Below, in pieces: positions 43,315 to 52,708 of a stretch of 64,000 bases of DNA; position 1 is the first letter of the stretch; the number at the start of each line of letters is the position of its first letter. This stretch comes from a virus (Duplodnaviria; Caudoviricetes). Under the pieces are notes generated by a model, which made no database searches, had not been told where the DNA came from, and saw only the letters and a program-made list of their open reading frames with translations. The translations under genes were made by a program, and so were the position numbers. The DNA is taken from IMG/VR virus record IMGVR_UViG_3300008110_007313, one strand, 5' to 3'.

Positions 43315-44502
43315 TCAGAGTTCTTTTGGACTATTTACCAAAGTTTTGTCAATATCTACGTGTTTAATGCCGTCTGAACGATAACGGCTCAGATTGTACA
43401 TGTGCGGCAGTAACACACGTTCAAGTTCTGAGTGCAGACCACGAGCACCTGTTTTGTTTTTAATGGTACGTTCAGCAATGAGATCCAGACTGTCCTTGGT
43501 AAACTCTAGGTCAACATCATCCTGCTTGAACAACCACTGATACTGACTCACGTAGTTGTGCTTGACTTCTTGCAGAATACGCACAAGATCTGCTTTATCC
43601 AGTTCTTGTAGAGCCACCCAAGTAGGAAAGCGCCCAACAAATTCAGGAATAAGACCAAATCTCACAAGATCATCGGGGGTCGTTTGATCTAGTTGACCCT
43701 TGACATCGTCTGTTATTTTAGCCCCAAATCCAATACTGGTGCCTTTGATGCGATTTTTTACAATGTTGTCTAGTCCCACAAAGGCACCGCCGGCAATGAA
43801 CAAGATGTTGGTGGTGTCGATTTCCACAGTTTCTCCTGTGGGATGTTTGCGTCCGCCTTGTGGAACAATACGACATTTGGTACCTTCTACCAACTTCAGC
43901 AAGGCCTGCTGGACACCTTCGCCTGACACATCGCGAGTGATACTGGCGCTTTCGCTTTTGCGACTGATCTTGTCAATCTCGTCCACAAACACAATACCAC
44001 GCTGTGTTTTTTCAAGGTCAAATCCCGAAGCGGCATACAGCCTTGAGATCAAACTTTCCACATCATCGCCCACATAGCCTGCTTCGGTCAGGCTGGTAGC
44101 ATCAGCAATCACAAAAGGCACATCCAGGTAACGTGCTACTGTGCGGGCCAGCAAGGTCTTGCCTGATCCTGTGGGTCCAAGCATAAGAATGTTGGCTTTT
44201 TCAATTTCGGTATTCTTGTCTTGATTGCCAATGCGTTTATAGTGATTGGCAATGGCCACGCTGAGTACCATCTTGGCCGCATCCTGACCGATCACATACT
44301 GGTCTAGATGGCGACGAATTTCTCTAGGATCAAGGCTGGGACGAGTTTCAGTATTTGTTACCGGCTGGTCTACTAGTAAATTTTGACAGAGGTCCACGCA
44401 CTCATTACAAATTGCAACGCTTTCGCCTACAATTAGTTTAGTCACGTTGTCTTTGTGTTTGCCGCAAAAACTGCAGGTATCAATAGATTTATTTTCGCTC
44501 AT
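43315..44502 (-). CDS. clpX: ATP-dependent Clp protease ATP-binding subunit ClpX
   Basis: CSFCGK-CNEC Zn finger, GPTGSGKT, TEAGYVG, DEIDK, RDVSGEGVQQALL, IGF loop, GARGL. Confidence 0.97.
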   Translation of the reverse strand: MSENKSIDTCSFCGKHKDNVTKLIVGESVAICNECVDLCQNLLVDQPVTNTETRPSLDPREIRRHLDQYVIGQDAAKMVLSVAIANHYKRIGNQDKNTEIEKANILMLGPTGSGKTLLARTVARYLDVPFVIADATSLTEAGYVGDDVESLISRLYAASGFDLEKTQRGIVFVDEIDKISRKSESASITRDVSGEGVQQALLKLVEGTKCRIVPQGGRKHPTGETVEIDTTNILFIAGGAFVGLDNIVKNRIKGTSIGFGAKITDDVKGQLDQTTPDDLVRFGLIPEFVGRFPTWVALQELDKADLVRILQEVKHNYVSQYQWLFKQDDVDLEFTKDSLDLIAERTIKNKTGARGLHSELERVLLPHMYNLSRYRSDGIKHVDIDKTLVNSPKEL

Positions 44503-45941
44503 GTGTTGGGTTTTGATTCGAGACGTTGTGCTACCTGAATTTGTTCGCTTTCGCTCAACATTTCAGGGTCGTATTCACCTGTTTCAATTTTGCTAATTAG
44601 GTGATCAATATAGGCCATATCGTAAGTATAATTGTCGTTTTGGTTTTTGTCAACCTGTATCCATTGGTTGCCATTGAATTTATGCAATATATTGGGCACA
44701 TAATCGGTGTTGATCCAAGTATCGCCTTTGTTTGGATTAGAAGGGAAAAGAGAACCAAAGCCAAACTGTGGTTTTTGCTCAAGATATTTGATCCATGGCA
44801 ACTCTGTTATTGACCCACGCTCCAGCAAAGAACGCTGATGCTTCAACGTGTCAGTGGGATTTTCTTGTTTCCAACGACTCATTGCCAGTTTCATGTCTGA
44901 ATCTTCTTCGTCATCTATGTTGTATGACAACTCAGGTTCCTCAATCAATGGTTCAGGTTTGTGGACTATGGGCTTGAGATCCTTGAAATGAGCAAATCCC
45001 TGAGTAAGATAAGGATGTTGCTCTAGTATGGATTTTTCTGGTTCTGGTTTGTCAGGCGACGGGAACATCCAGCCGGTGGGATGTGGGTCTTGAATAACTG
45101 GTTTATCTGCAACAGGCTCTACTTCTGGTTCAGGATCTGATTCAGATTTTTGTCCAGGCGCTAGACCAAGACGTTCAAACACTCGCTGTCGTTCCCACTT
45201 TAAACTTTCTGTAGCTGCCAACAGCATCATGATGGCCAAGGGATCAAACACAGCAACAATCACAATGATCACCCAGGTCACTGCTTTTTCCAGCAGATTA
45301 GCATCTGGGTTGTCCCCGTAGATCAACTTGGCAATGTATTTGATAGGGCCTACTTCGGCTTCAACTTTACGTACCTCAGCGGCAATAGGCGCTCGCTCTT
45401 CATTAAGCTGACTAATTGTTTTCTGTTCGGCTGCAATCTCGGATTGAAGTCTAACACGTTCTTTGGCTTGCGTTCTGCGGACCGCCACTGCTTTGTCGGC
45501 ACCCGTTTCCGTAGTACTGCGACCCATAATCTGGTCGACAGCTTCATCCATTTGTTTAAGAGCTTTGCGGTTTGCATCTATATTGTCCTTTGCTGTCTTA
45601 ATCTTTTCGTCGTACACTGCAACCTTGGCCTGCACGTCTCCGCCCACTAGGCTTTGGTCGCTGTGTGCTTTCGACAAGAAACCAAAAATGCCCATTGACG
45701 TGATCAGCATCAGCACAGCCACGGCAGGCACCAAGTAAGCTTTCATCAAGAATCGGCACTGTCGCCAGTATTCGTGCAGCCACAATGTGACCACAACCTT
45801 GCCCACCTCCAATATGCCGCCCATCACAATAATAGGGATTACAGCCGCGGCAAAAATTGCAGTGAGACCTGCAATGCTGTAATAGGCGGCAATGACTGAC
45901 AAACTCAGTGCTACTGCCAGTGTAACGTAGCTGAGAAACAT
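44499..45941 (-). CDS. membrane-anchored coiled-coil protein
   Basis: N-terminal TM segments, coiled coil, EVGPIKYIA, Pro/Glu-rich tail; start MFLSYV 5 nt after TAAATA. Confidence 0.7.
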   Translation of the reverse strand: MFLSYVTLAVALSLSVIAAYYSIAGLTAIFAAAVIPIIVMGGILEVGKVVVTLWLHEYWRQCRFLMKAYLVPAVAVLMLITSMGIFGFLSKAHSDQSLVGGDVQAKVAVYDEKIKTAKDNIDANRKALKQMDEAVDQIMGRSTTETGADKAVAVRRTQAKERVRLQSEIAAEQKTISQLNEERAPIAAEVRKVEAEVGPIKYIAKLIYGDNPDANLLEKAVTWVIIVIVAVFDPLAIMMLLAATESLKWERQRVFERLGLAPGQKSESDPEPEVEPVADKPVIQDPHPTGWMFPSPDKPEPEKSILEQHPYLTQGFAHFKDLKPIVHKPEPLIEEPELSYNIDDEEDSDMKLAMSRWKQENPTDTLKHQRSLLERGSITELPWIKYLEQKPQFGFGSLFPSNPNKGDTWINTDYVPNILHKFNGNQWIQVDKNQNDNYTYDMAYIDHLISKIETGEYDPEMLSESEQIQVAQRLESKPNT

Positions 45942-45945
45942 AAGA

Positions 45946-46266
45946 TTATTTATTGGTGGCACCAACTACCCTAACGGCTAATTTTACACTGATCCAACTG
46001 GCAAAGCTAGCGTCAGGAACATCAAACCATACATTGATCTTCTTGCGCTCCCAGTTGTTTTCAAGTTTGCGTTTTATACGACTTTGGCCAGACCAATTGC
46101 CGTGGCCAAAAACTCGTTGTGCTTCGCGGATGATAGAGTACCACTGTTTTGCACTCTCTAATTCAACCACGATGCGGCATAGGTGCATAGCGTCGGTCGT
46201 TGTTTTAAGCGGGTCAAGAGACTGCAACGTGCTATTGCTAGCAGAGGTTTCAATATTAACAGACAT
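45946..46266 (-). CDS. hypothetical protein
   Basis: 106 aa; AAAGGA RBS. Confidence 0.7.
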   Translation of the reverse strand: MSVNIETSASNSTLQSLDPLKTTTDAMHLCRIVVELESAKQWYSIIREAQRVFGHGNWSGQSRIKRKLENNWERKKINVWFDVPDASFASWISVKLAVRVVGATNK

Positions 46267-46269
46267 AAA

Positions 46270-46460
46270 GTCCTTTCACTGTTGGTTCCTACTGGGCTTA
46301 CACTCGGGTACCAGCCGAGTTTTGACTTGCGTCTAGGACAGTGCCACACCTCGTGGACTTACGCTGAAGAGCCACGGTGCATGTAAGGATCGATTCAAAG
46401 AGCTCACCCCCACAACCGTTCAGCCGCACACCATATCCTGGCCAGGTCCGACACTATGCA
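46270..46460 (-). ncRNA. candidate structured ncRNA or 5' leader
   Basis: About 190 nt non-coding after a TTGACA-N17-TAAAAT promoter (46467-46495); several hairpins and a possible pseudoknot. Confidence 0.45.
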
Positions 46461-46491
46461 ATAAACATTTTACAGAAATAGTCGATGATTG

Positions 46492-47400
46492 TCAAGAAAA
46501 TTCTGCAACAATTTGATCTAATTCTTCTATCAAGAAGTGGTCATCGGGATTGTAAGCAACTCCTTGCCAACGCTTGACCTTGATTGGTTCTTCGGGTTTC
46601 CAATCATTATACCAATATTCACCGTTCCAGCCGGCGTGGTATTCATGACCAGTTTGAGTCTCAACGTTGTATTTGCCCTCACGCACAGGTTTGACTTTTG
46701 AAGGGAACCAATCAGTCAATTTGTACTTGATGTCGTCCATGTCGCGGTAGCGTTCGTATCCTGAGCCTTTGCTGGAGCCAGCAATGTAGAACGCATGATC
46801 AGAACCTTTGCCATTGGTATCGCCACCGTAGTTGTCCAGTTCCTGATCATCGTATTCCACGCCAACTACAATTTCGTTTGCGTCAAAATCACAAAGGTTC
46901 AACAACAGTTTTTCGGGGTCAAAAGGTTCTGTGAGTTCAATATCGGCTTCAAAAAAAGTACCCTTGTCGGATGTATAGCCAAAATACACAACAGTGCCAG
47001 GTGGTTGACTGTCAATCCAGACTTCTTCAAATGTGCTGAGTTGCACATCACACCCATCTAGGCCAGACAGATCTCGTTCGTAGACCACAGTACCATTTTC
47101 GTCAAGAACCTGCATGGTGCCTGCGTTACGGTCAACACCACTAACATGTCCAACGTCGTCGCAGTCATAGTATGATCCTGGTTCAAATGGTCGCATGTCT
47201 TCAGGAACATCATCAAACTCATCTCCACCCCAGGCATAGTCGGGTACACTGAGTCTGTGTTCTCTAAAGTAGTCGTAGATTTCACGTGACACCGTGCCCA
47301 TCACATACTCACCACCATAGCCCCACAGTTGGATTTTGTAGGTGCGTGGAGTGAATTTCAAATGTGCAATGAGCTTTTCTTGTTCTTCAATTGTGGCCAT
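46492..47400 (-). CDS. acidic hypothetical protein
   Basis: 302 aa; TGA stop in the -35 box of the next promoter. Confidence 0.75.
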   Translation of the reverse strand: MATIEEQEKLIAHLKFTPRTYKIQLWGYGGEYVMGTVSREIYDYFREHRLSVPDYAWGGDEFDDVPEDMRPFEPGSYYDCDDVGHVSGVDRNAGTMQVLDENGTVVYERDLSGLDGCDVQLSTFEEVWIDSQPPGTVVYFGYTSDKGTFFEADIELTEPFDPEKLLLNLCDFDANEIVVGVEYDDQELDNYGGDTNGKGSDHAFYIAGSSKGSGYERYRDMDDIKYKLTDWFPSKVKPVREGKYNVETQTGHEYHAGWNGEYWYNDWKPEEPIKVKRWQGVAYNPDDHFLIEELDQIVAEFS

Positions 47401-47854
47401 TATCTTTTTCCTTTACAAGTTTGCATACCAGCTGAAACTGTTCGTAGGCGTCACGAACAGCAGGGTGTGTCATGAGTTTATCTGCTTCGGCCTGCATGGC
47501 CTGCACCCCAGCTTCGGCACAGTCGCGCACACTGAGCCCATACAAGGTGCATAGTTCATCGCCCATTTCTTTGGCTAACTTGCGCCATGATTTTTGTTGT
47601 GCTTCTGTGATTGGGGTTTTCTGAGGACGTAGTTCTGCGGCTTTGTTGATAGCACGACAAATAGCATCTTCTGCGTAACGCCCTGCGGCAATCATAGGAG
47701 CAAGTGCTGGGTCAATGTTAAACCTACGACTAATCCCACCAGGATACACCATCACAAGGTGATTGCCTTTGTGAAAACTGTCCATGAGATCACTGTCGTA
47801 TTCTGCCACAGGTCTGTACCTGCGACCTTCTTTAGTGTAGTAAATTTTTTTCAT
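47387..47854 (-). CDS. hypothetical protein
   Basis: Start MKKIYY, TAATG-coupled. Confidence 0.7.
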   Translation of the reverse strand: MKKIYYTKEGRRYRPVAEYDSDLMDSFHKGNHLVMVYPGGISRRFNIDPALAPMIAAGRYAEDAICRAINKAAELRPQKTPITEAQQKSWRKLAKEMGDELCTLYGLSVRDCAEAGVQAMQAEADKLMTHPAVRDAYEQFQLVCKLVKEKDNGHN

Positions 47855-48165
47855 TACAACCATGCATGGCATGACCATGTATTAAGATATCGCATACTGC
47901 CGTTAAATGTACCAAAATGTTTTTTGTGAAAGTTATCATACGCCTTCTGCCATTTCTTTTGAATAGGCTCAGGACTGTGACAAGCAAGATAGTGCAAGCG
48001 ACCAAACTGTCGGAAGACTATCTTCCGGTTGATCCTATATCCTACAGGATACCATTCTACACGGCTCTGCCAGTTGTAGTTGTCAGTGTGACCATACAGT
48101 CTACGCATCTTCATGATGCGTTTGGTATTCATGCTAGAACTAGGACGAAACTTATTTGCGTTCAT
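47854..48165 (-). CDS. hypothetical protein
   Basis: 103-aa ORF, ATGA-coupled. Confidence 0.6.
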   Translation of the reverse strand: MNANKFRPSSSMNTKRIMKMRRLYGHTDNYNWQSRVEWYPVGYRINRKIVFRQFGRLHYLACHSPEPIQKKWQKAYDNFHKKHFGTFNGSMRYLNTWSCHAWL

Positions 48166-48587
48166 TGGTAGTTCTTGTCCAATTTGGTGTTGGTGAGACC
48201 AGCCAGCATTTGAAATTGATCCCAGGCTTCTTTTACAGCTGGACGAGTTTCTAGTTCTGAATCCGGCAACACAGTTTCCAACCAGATTTCGCGACGGCGT
48301 GGTGGATGAAACCCAAACTTGCGAGGCTGGTGCAGTTTGCCTGATTCCCAGAGTTCAATGCTGACTTCACGAAAACGAGCTTCGTCTGTGTAGCCGTCCC
48401 ATTCAGGAGTACTCCACCCACCACCTAGATTCTGGCCACCACCGTAGCCTTGCCAGATGCTGGTCCATTGTTCGTCAATGCGTGGATCAAAGTCAGTGCG
48501 AGTGATCAACACCAACACATCGCGAATGTCAACTGTGCCGTCCACGATGTCACGCACACATCGACTGTAGCTGAGTCCAATTTTCAT
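48162..48587 (-). CDS. phage hypothetical protein
   Basis: MKIGLSYSRCVRDIVDG-GKLHQPRKFG. Confidence 0.75.
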   Translation of the reverse strand: MKIGLSYSRCVRDIVDGTVDIRDVLVLITRTDFDPRIDEQWTSIWQGYGGGQNLGGGWSTPEWDGYTDEARFREVSIELWESGKLHQPRKFGFHPPRRREIWLETVLPDSELETRPAVKEAWDQFQMLAGLTNTKLDKNYQ

Positions 48588-48589
48588 TG

Positions 48590-48820
48590 TTATTCTCCAA
48601 AATACTTGATCACAGCATCCAGGTGATGGACCATGATTTCGTTTATGCTCACATCTTCAGGGTGCATCCACACGCCGCTAGGATTGGCGTCGGTCCGAGG
48701 ATTCTTTTTCCACTCCTTGAGTTCTTTCTTGAGATAGGTTCTCTGCTCTTTGAGTGTGAGCACAGTGATTCGATCAGCGGCTTCGCCGTCCAGTGTGATA
48801 GGTCCAATTCGTTTGCTCAT
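48590..48820 (-). CDS. hypothetical protein
   Basis: 76-aa ORF, ATGA-coupled to the ligase. Confidence 0.65.
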   Translation of the reverse strand: MSKRIGPITLDGEAADRITVLTLKEQRTYLKKELKEWKKNPRTDANPSGVWMHPEDVSINEIMVHHLDAVIKYFGE

Positions 48821-50187
48821 AATTTTTCTCCTGGTTCAAAGCCACGGAATCGTTTGTGACGGGGGAATCTCAGTGAGTATGTTCCGTCTTGGTTTTGCGT
48901 AACTGCGTCAGCTTCAACTTCACCAATGACGCCAAGTAGGCGATCCCGTGCGGCCCAAAACTCATCACGATCGCTATCGCTATAGCCAGTACCAACATTA
49001 ACCCGAATATTTCTGTCATTGTCAACTCCTTCGTAAATTATAGCACCTAACCGGCCTGCATTGCGACCAGTTCCTTCTTCAAAACCCACAATGGTCAAGT
49101 CCACTGTGATAGTAGGCTTCCATTTCATCCAAGAATCTGAACGCTTGCAGATGTAAGGTGCACCGAGCTCCTTGATCATAATGCCTTCGTAACCTTGTTC
49201 CACACTGGCTTCGGCAAAGCGGCGCATGACGTCATGACCTTCTGCTGTGTCCAAATCCACATTCATGCCGGGCATGATCTGCACACAACCGTCCTCGGGC
49301 AGGGTGGATTTGGCACTTTCAAGCCACTCCAAGCGAGCCTGCTGTTTTACATTCCAGTGTCCTTCTTCCAACGCATCCAAGGGCAAGATATCAAATACAT
49401 GATAAACCATGCCATCTGTCTTGGCATCGCTTTTGCGGTGTGCCTGCTTCATGAGCTTTTGAAAGCTTTCGCCCACAATCTCACCATCCAGCACAAAGTT
49501 GCCGCCGGTGCCACGACCATATTGGAATGCCTTGCGAGCATCTTCTACAGCTTCGGCAATCTGCGGAAAGTTTTCAAAGATCTTGCCGTTGCGACTGTAC
49601 AGTGTGCAAGTGGCACCCTGTACCACAGCAATCACACGCACACCATCCAGTTTGACTTCCAGGCGCTTGATACCTTTGAGCTTTTGCTGTTGATCTGAAC
49701 TGTCCTGTGCTAACTGACAAGTAAACACAGGAATCTTCCAGTCAGTTTTGCCCAGTACTTTGTTCAAGGTCTTTTCTGAGATGCCGCAACGCAGATCTTT
49801 GATGATCACACGACGAGCAAGGCCGTTCCATTCTTCACTGTCGAACTGCTCTGACATTTCCTTGATAGCGTCACGAGCACGACCGCCAGTGATACCACGT
49901 GTTCGCAGATCTTCCAACATGGCCCAAAAACGAGTCCAAGGATTGGCACGACCTTCAAGGCCTTGAGTTTCTGGCACTTGCCGAACCCCAAACACATAGA
50001 ACGGATTGTAAGCCTGGTAACAGTTGAAAAGAAAACACTGGGCGTCTGCTGAACCCAGCTTGGCCGCTATGAGTGCTTTTTCAATTACTGATTCTTTGTG
50101 GAGCCGGCTGTCAGAGCTTTCTAAGTCGCGAATCCAACCTGCGGCCATTGCCCCATCAAACCTTTCGTTGCTGTAATCTACTGTCAT
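48817..50187 (-). CDS. ATP-dependent DNA ligase
   Basis: EVKLDGVR (motif I), LDGEI, FDIL, EGIMIK, KWKP, SLRFP OB-fold. Confidence 0.95.
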   Translation of the reverse strand: MTVDYSNERFDGAMAAGWIRDLESSDSRLHKESVIEKALIAAKLGSADAQCFLFNCYQAYNPFYVFGVRQVPETQGLEGRANPWTRFWAMLEDLRTRGITGGRARDAIKEMSEQFDSEEWNGLARRVIIKDLRCGISEKTLNKVLGKTDWKIPVFTCQLAQDSSDQQQKLKGIKRLEVKLDGVRVIAVVQGATCTLYSRNGKIFENFPQIAEAVEDARKAFQYGRGTGGNFVLDGEIVGESFQKLMKQAHRKSDAKTDGMVYHVFDILPLDALEEGHWNVKQQARLEWLESAKSTLPEDGCVQIMPGMNVDLDTAEGHDVMRRFAEASVEQGYEGIMIKELGAPYICKRSDSWMKWKPTITVDLTIVGFEEGTGRNAGRLGAIIYEGVDNDRNIRVNVGTGYSDSDRDEFWAARDRLLGVIGEVEADAVTQNQDGTYSLRFPRHKRFRGFEPGEKL

Positions 50188-50197
50188 ATTTAAGACC

Positions 50198-50611
50198 TTA
50201 CCATGAGCTATTATAAAACACTTTTAGACCCAAGAACAATTCTGCTCGGGCATTTTTAATAAATTCAAGATCATGATCGTAGTAGTGCTGATCTGAGTCG
50301 TTGCCAAAAAAGAATCCAGCTGTCGAAGGCAGTTGGCGCTTCTTAATTGTGTGCTCTAGCTGATCTAAATCTTCAGCAGTGAGTTCGAGTTCAATGCCGT
50401 TGAAAGTATCATACTCTAAATTTTTTTGTTCTGCGAGCTTTTCCATCCAGCCATGCAGGTTAGGATGTTTACGCCAGTAAGCAATCTCACGTGGCTTGGT
50501 CACTGTGTTGTTTTCGAATTCGCGAGTTGTTTCGTTAAACTCAGCGCCTTCGTAGTATTCCTCTTGTTGACCTGCCCTAGTGGCCACATAAGCATACATG
50601 TCGAGACCCAT
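50198..50611 (-). CDS. phage hypothetical protein
   Basis: MGLDMYAY-EIAYWRKHPNLHGWM-YNSSW. Confidence 0.75.
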   Translation of the reverse strand: MGLDMYAYVATRAGQQEEYYEGAEFNETTREFENNTVTKPREIAYWRKHPNLHGWMEKLAEQKNLEYDTFNGIELELTAEDLDQLEHTIKKRQLPSTAGFFFGNDSDQHYYDHDLEFIKNARAELFLGLKVFYNSSW

Positions 50612-50769
50612 TATTTTTCTCCTTGTTGATGCCGGTACTCACGCTTGAGCCACCAGCGATATCGTTGAAAGTAAACTTGCATTGGATAGGTAGGCAAACT
50701 ACCTGTCCATTCTTCTATTTCCAAACAGTGGCTATACCACTGTTGTTGCAACCAAGTCCGAAATGTCAT
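50611..50769 (-). CDS. 52-aa hypothetical protein (not in track)
   Basis: MTFRTWLQQQWYSHCLEIEEWTG-FQRYRWWLKREY; coupled on both sides. Confidence 0.55.
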   Translation of the reverse strand: MTFRTWLQQQWYSHCLEIEEWTGSLPTYPMQVYFQRYRWWLKREYRHQQGEK

Positions 50770-51038
50770 GCCGCCTCCAACATGTTAGCAGGCACATTGA
50801 ACACGCCACCGGGGGTGTTGACCAGGATATACTTGATCTTGACTTTGCGTACAGTGCCAACATAGGTCAGACCGTTGCGGTTGCTGGTAAACTTCACAGA
50901 GTCTCCAAGTTGGAATGCTCGTTTGTTTTGTTTGGTCAGTTGCGAACGGGCAAACTTCACAGCATCGATCACACTCGACAACTCAGTGTTGGTCAATTTA
51001 CCAAACATGATAGCAGAATTGATTGCGTTGACGTCCAT
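50766..51038 (-). CDS. hypothetical protein (SH3/KOW-like C-terminus)
   Basis: FQLGDSVKF-YVGTVRKV. Confidence 0.7.
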   Translation of the reverse strand: MDVNAINSAIMFGKLTNTELSSVIDAVKFARSQLTKQNKRAFQLGDSVKFTSNRNGLTYVGTVRKVKIKYILVNTPGGVFNVPANMLEAA

Positions 51039-51070
51039 TTTGGGCTCCTGTTTTGTTACGCTATGTCATT

Positions 51071-51099
51071 ATTATAGCAAAACGGGAATATTCAGTCAA
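51071..51099 (-). promoter_or_regulatory. early promoter repeat
   Basis: TTGACT-N17-TATAAT. Confidence 0.85.
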
Positions 51100-51127
51100 C
51101 CGTGCAAAAGTAGTACTAAAGTACTAG

Positions 51128-52708
51128 TTAAATGGGTATTGTTTTGAAAGTAGTGCTGACAACTTCGCCCGATGCATAGCGAACAGACAGCTTATTTGAA
51201 TCACTGATAGGAGGAGATACCAGCGACGAGTATACTCGATATCCGTTGGCGTCAAAGGTGCCCGAACCTGTGGGCCAGGTGCTGGTCCAACTGGTGCTCC
51301 AAGTAAATTCTGTGCTGGGCGGTCCTCTAAAGGTCACAGTTACCGGGGTTCCGTACACAGTTTCGTTCACGCTGTTGAACCATCCGTCCTGTGTTACCGT
51401 AGCAGTCTTTGGATAGTTAGTAGCAACAATTTCTAAATTTATAGAGTCAGACCTGGTAGGGCCACCGGGCTGGCTAGCAGTCATAGTCAATAAAACAACA
51501 CCCAAGTTGGGAATCAGCCATCCTGGTACTTGAATTTGAACGCCGTTGCCATTGTTTAGGTCAATGCCAGGAAGTGTGACATAACTGCCTGCTGAAGTAG
51601 ACAATGTGACTCGAGTGTTTGCGTCTGATGGCTGAACCACAGCATTGATCCAGAACGAAGAATTTTGAATCAACGTAGTCGACACATTGCCGGGCTGTTG
51701 AGTCGATGCCTGTTGCTCATAAACTTGTGCTATTCGTACCACAGCAGGTGCAGACAAGGATGTACTGGTAGAGGTTGGCGGCACCAATGGATTGAGCTGT
51801 TGCGATTCCACCAACTGTCTTGCTTCTGCTACAGTGTACGAAACGCTAAAAGGATTTGATGTGGTTTGATATTTAGGCAACGGTAACGTCACACTGGGTT
51901 GACCCAGATCAGACACTGCACTGGGAGGAGGCAATACACTGGTCTGCAAAATTGGTGTGCCTGTACTGCTCGGCAATCCAGGCCAGTCGTTAGACACACT
52001 GAATCCTCCCACTGGAATTCCAGCTTCGTTGAGTGTTGATTGATTCTTACCTTCACGAATAGCACCTACCACAGCCTGTCCTGCCTGAGTGCTAGTGTTG
52101 GCAATTTTCAACATGTAGTCATACTGCCCGCTGGGTGTGTTATAGTTGCCCACTTGAGCCAAGGTAGACACCAAACTGTAAACTGCTGACGGACTTCCAG
52201 CAGCCTCTGCATCGTAGTTAATGCCAGCAGCGTTTTGAAAATTTGCTTCTGATACGATTCTTTGGCAAACAGCATTGAAATTTTCATTCATTACTGTGGT
52301 CTGAACAGGATAGGTTGCTATCAGCGCAACAATTTCAGCATTGGCAGCTGGAATCAAACCTGTTGTAAAAGCAGTGTCAGCATCAGCATAGGTTCCGGCT
52401 GCAGGACCCGAAGGTATCACAATAGGTCCGCCCACTGGTCCAAATGTGCCTTGCACACAGGCCTTCATGTTATCATACACAGCTTTTAGATTGAGCAAAG
52501 TTATGCTGTTAAGAGCACTGGTAGCTTGATTCAACGCATTAGTAGCTACCGCACCGCTGGCAATGCCAATAATGTCTGTTACAGTAGGGACACCAAAGTC
52601 ACCTGATCCAGTGGCTACATTGGCACGAATGTAGGAATTCACCGCTGTGGGCACAGGCGCAGCTAAATTTTCAATTAAATTTAACCCTTTGAGTGTGTCT
52701 ATGCTCAT
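51128..52708 (-). CDS. putative virion (baseplate hub-associated) structural protein
   Basis: 526 aa, Ala/Thr/Ser-rich, beta-rich C-terminus; in an operon with PAAR. Confidence 0.55.
   Translation of the reverse strand: MSIDTLKGLNLIENLAAPVPTAVNSYIRANVATGSGDFGVPTVTDIIGIASGAVATNALNQATSALNSITLLNLKAVYDNMKACVQGTFGPVGGPIVIPSGPAAGTYADADTAFTTGLIPAANAEIVALIATYPVQTTVMNENFNAVCQRIVSEANFQNAAGINYDAEAAGSPSAVYSLVSTLAQVGNYNTPSGQYDYMLKIANTSTQAGQAVVGAIREGKNQSTLNEAGIPVGGFSVSNDWPGLPSSTGTPILQTSVLPPPSAVSDLGQPSVTLPLPKYQTTSNPFSVSYTVAEARQLVESQQLNPLVPPTSTSTSLSAPAVVRIAQVYEQQASTQQPGNVSTTLIQNSSFWINAVVQPSDANTRVTLSTSAGSYVTLPGIDLNNGNGVQIQVPGWLIPNLGVVLLTMTASQPGGPTRSDSINLEIVATNYPKTATVTQDGWFNSVNETVYGTPVTVTFRGPPSTEFTWSTSWTSTWPTGSGTFDANGYRVYSSLVSPPISDSNKLSVRYASGEVVSTTFKTIPI

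Noticed and set aside
46340-46392. HDV-like (theta) ribozyme in the ncRNA candidate
   Set aside because: The P1/P2/P3 order is similar, but P1 has only 5 bp and just 2 nt separate P1 from P2, leaving no P1.1, P4 or catalytic J4/2.
46380-46425. GGGGGUGAGCUCUUUGAAUCGA resembling a tmRNA or tRNA 5' end
   Set aside because: No matching 3' acceptor or T-arm (GGUUCRAnUCC...CCA) nearby and no tag ORF.
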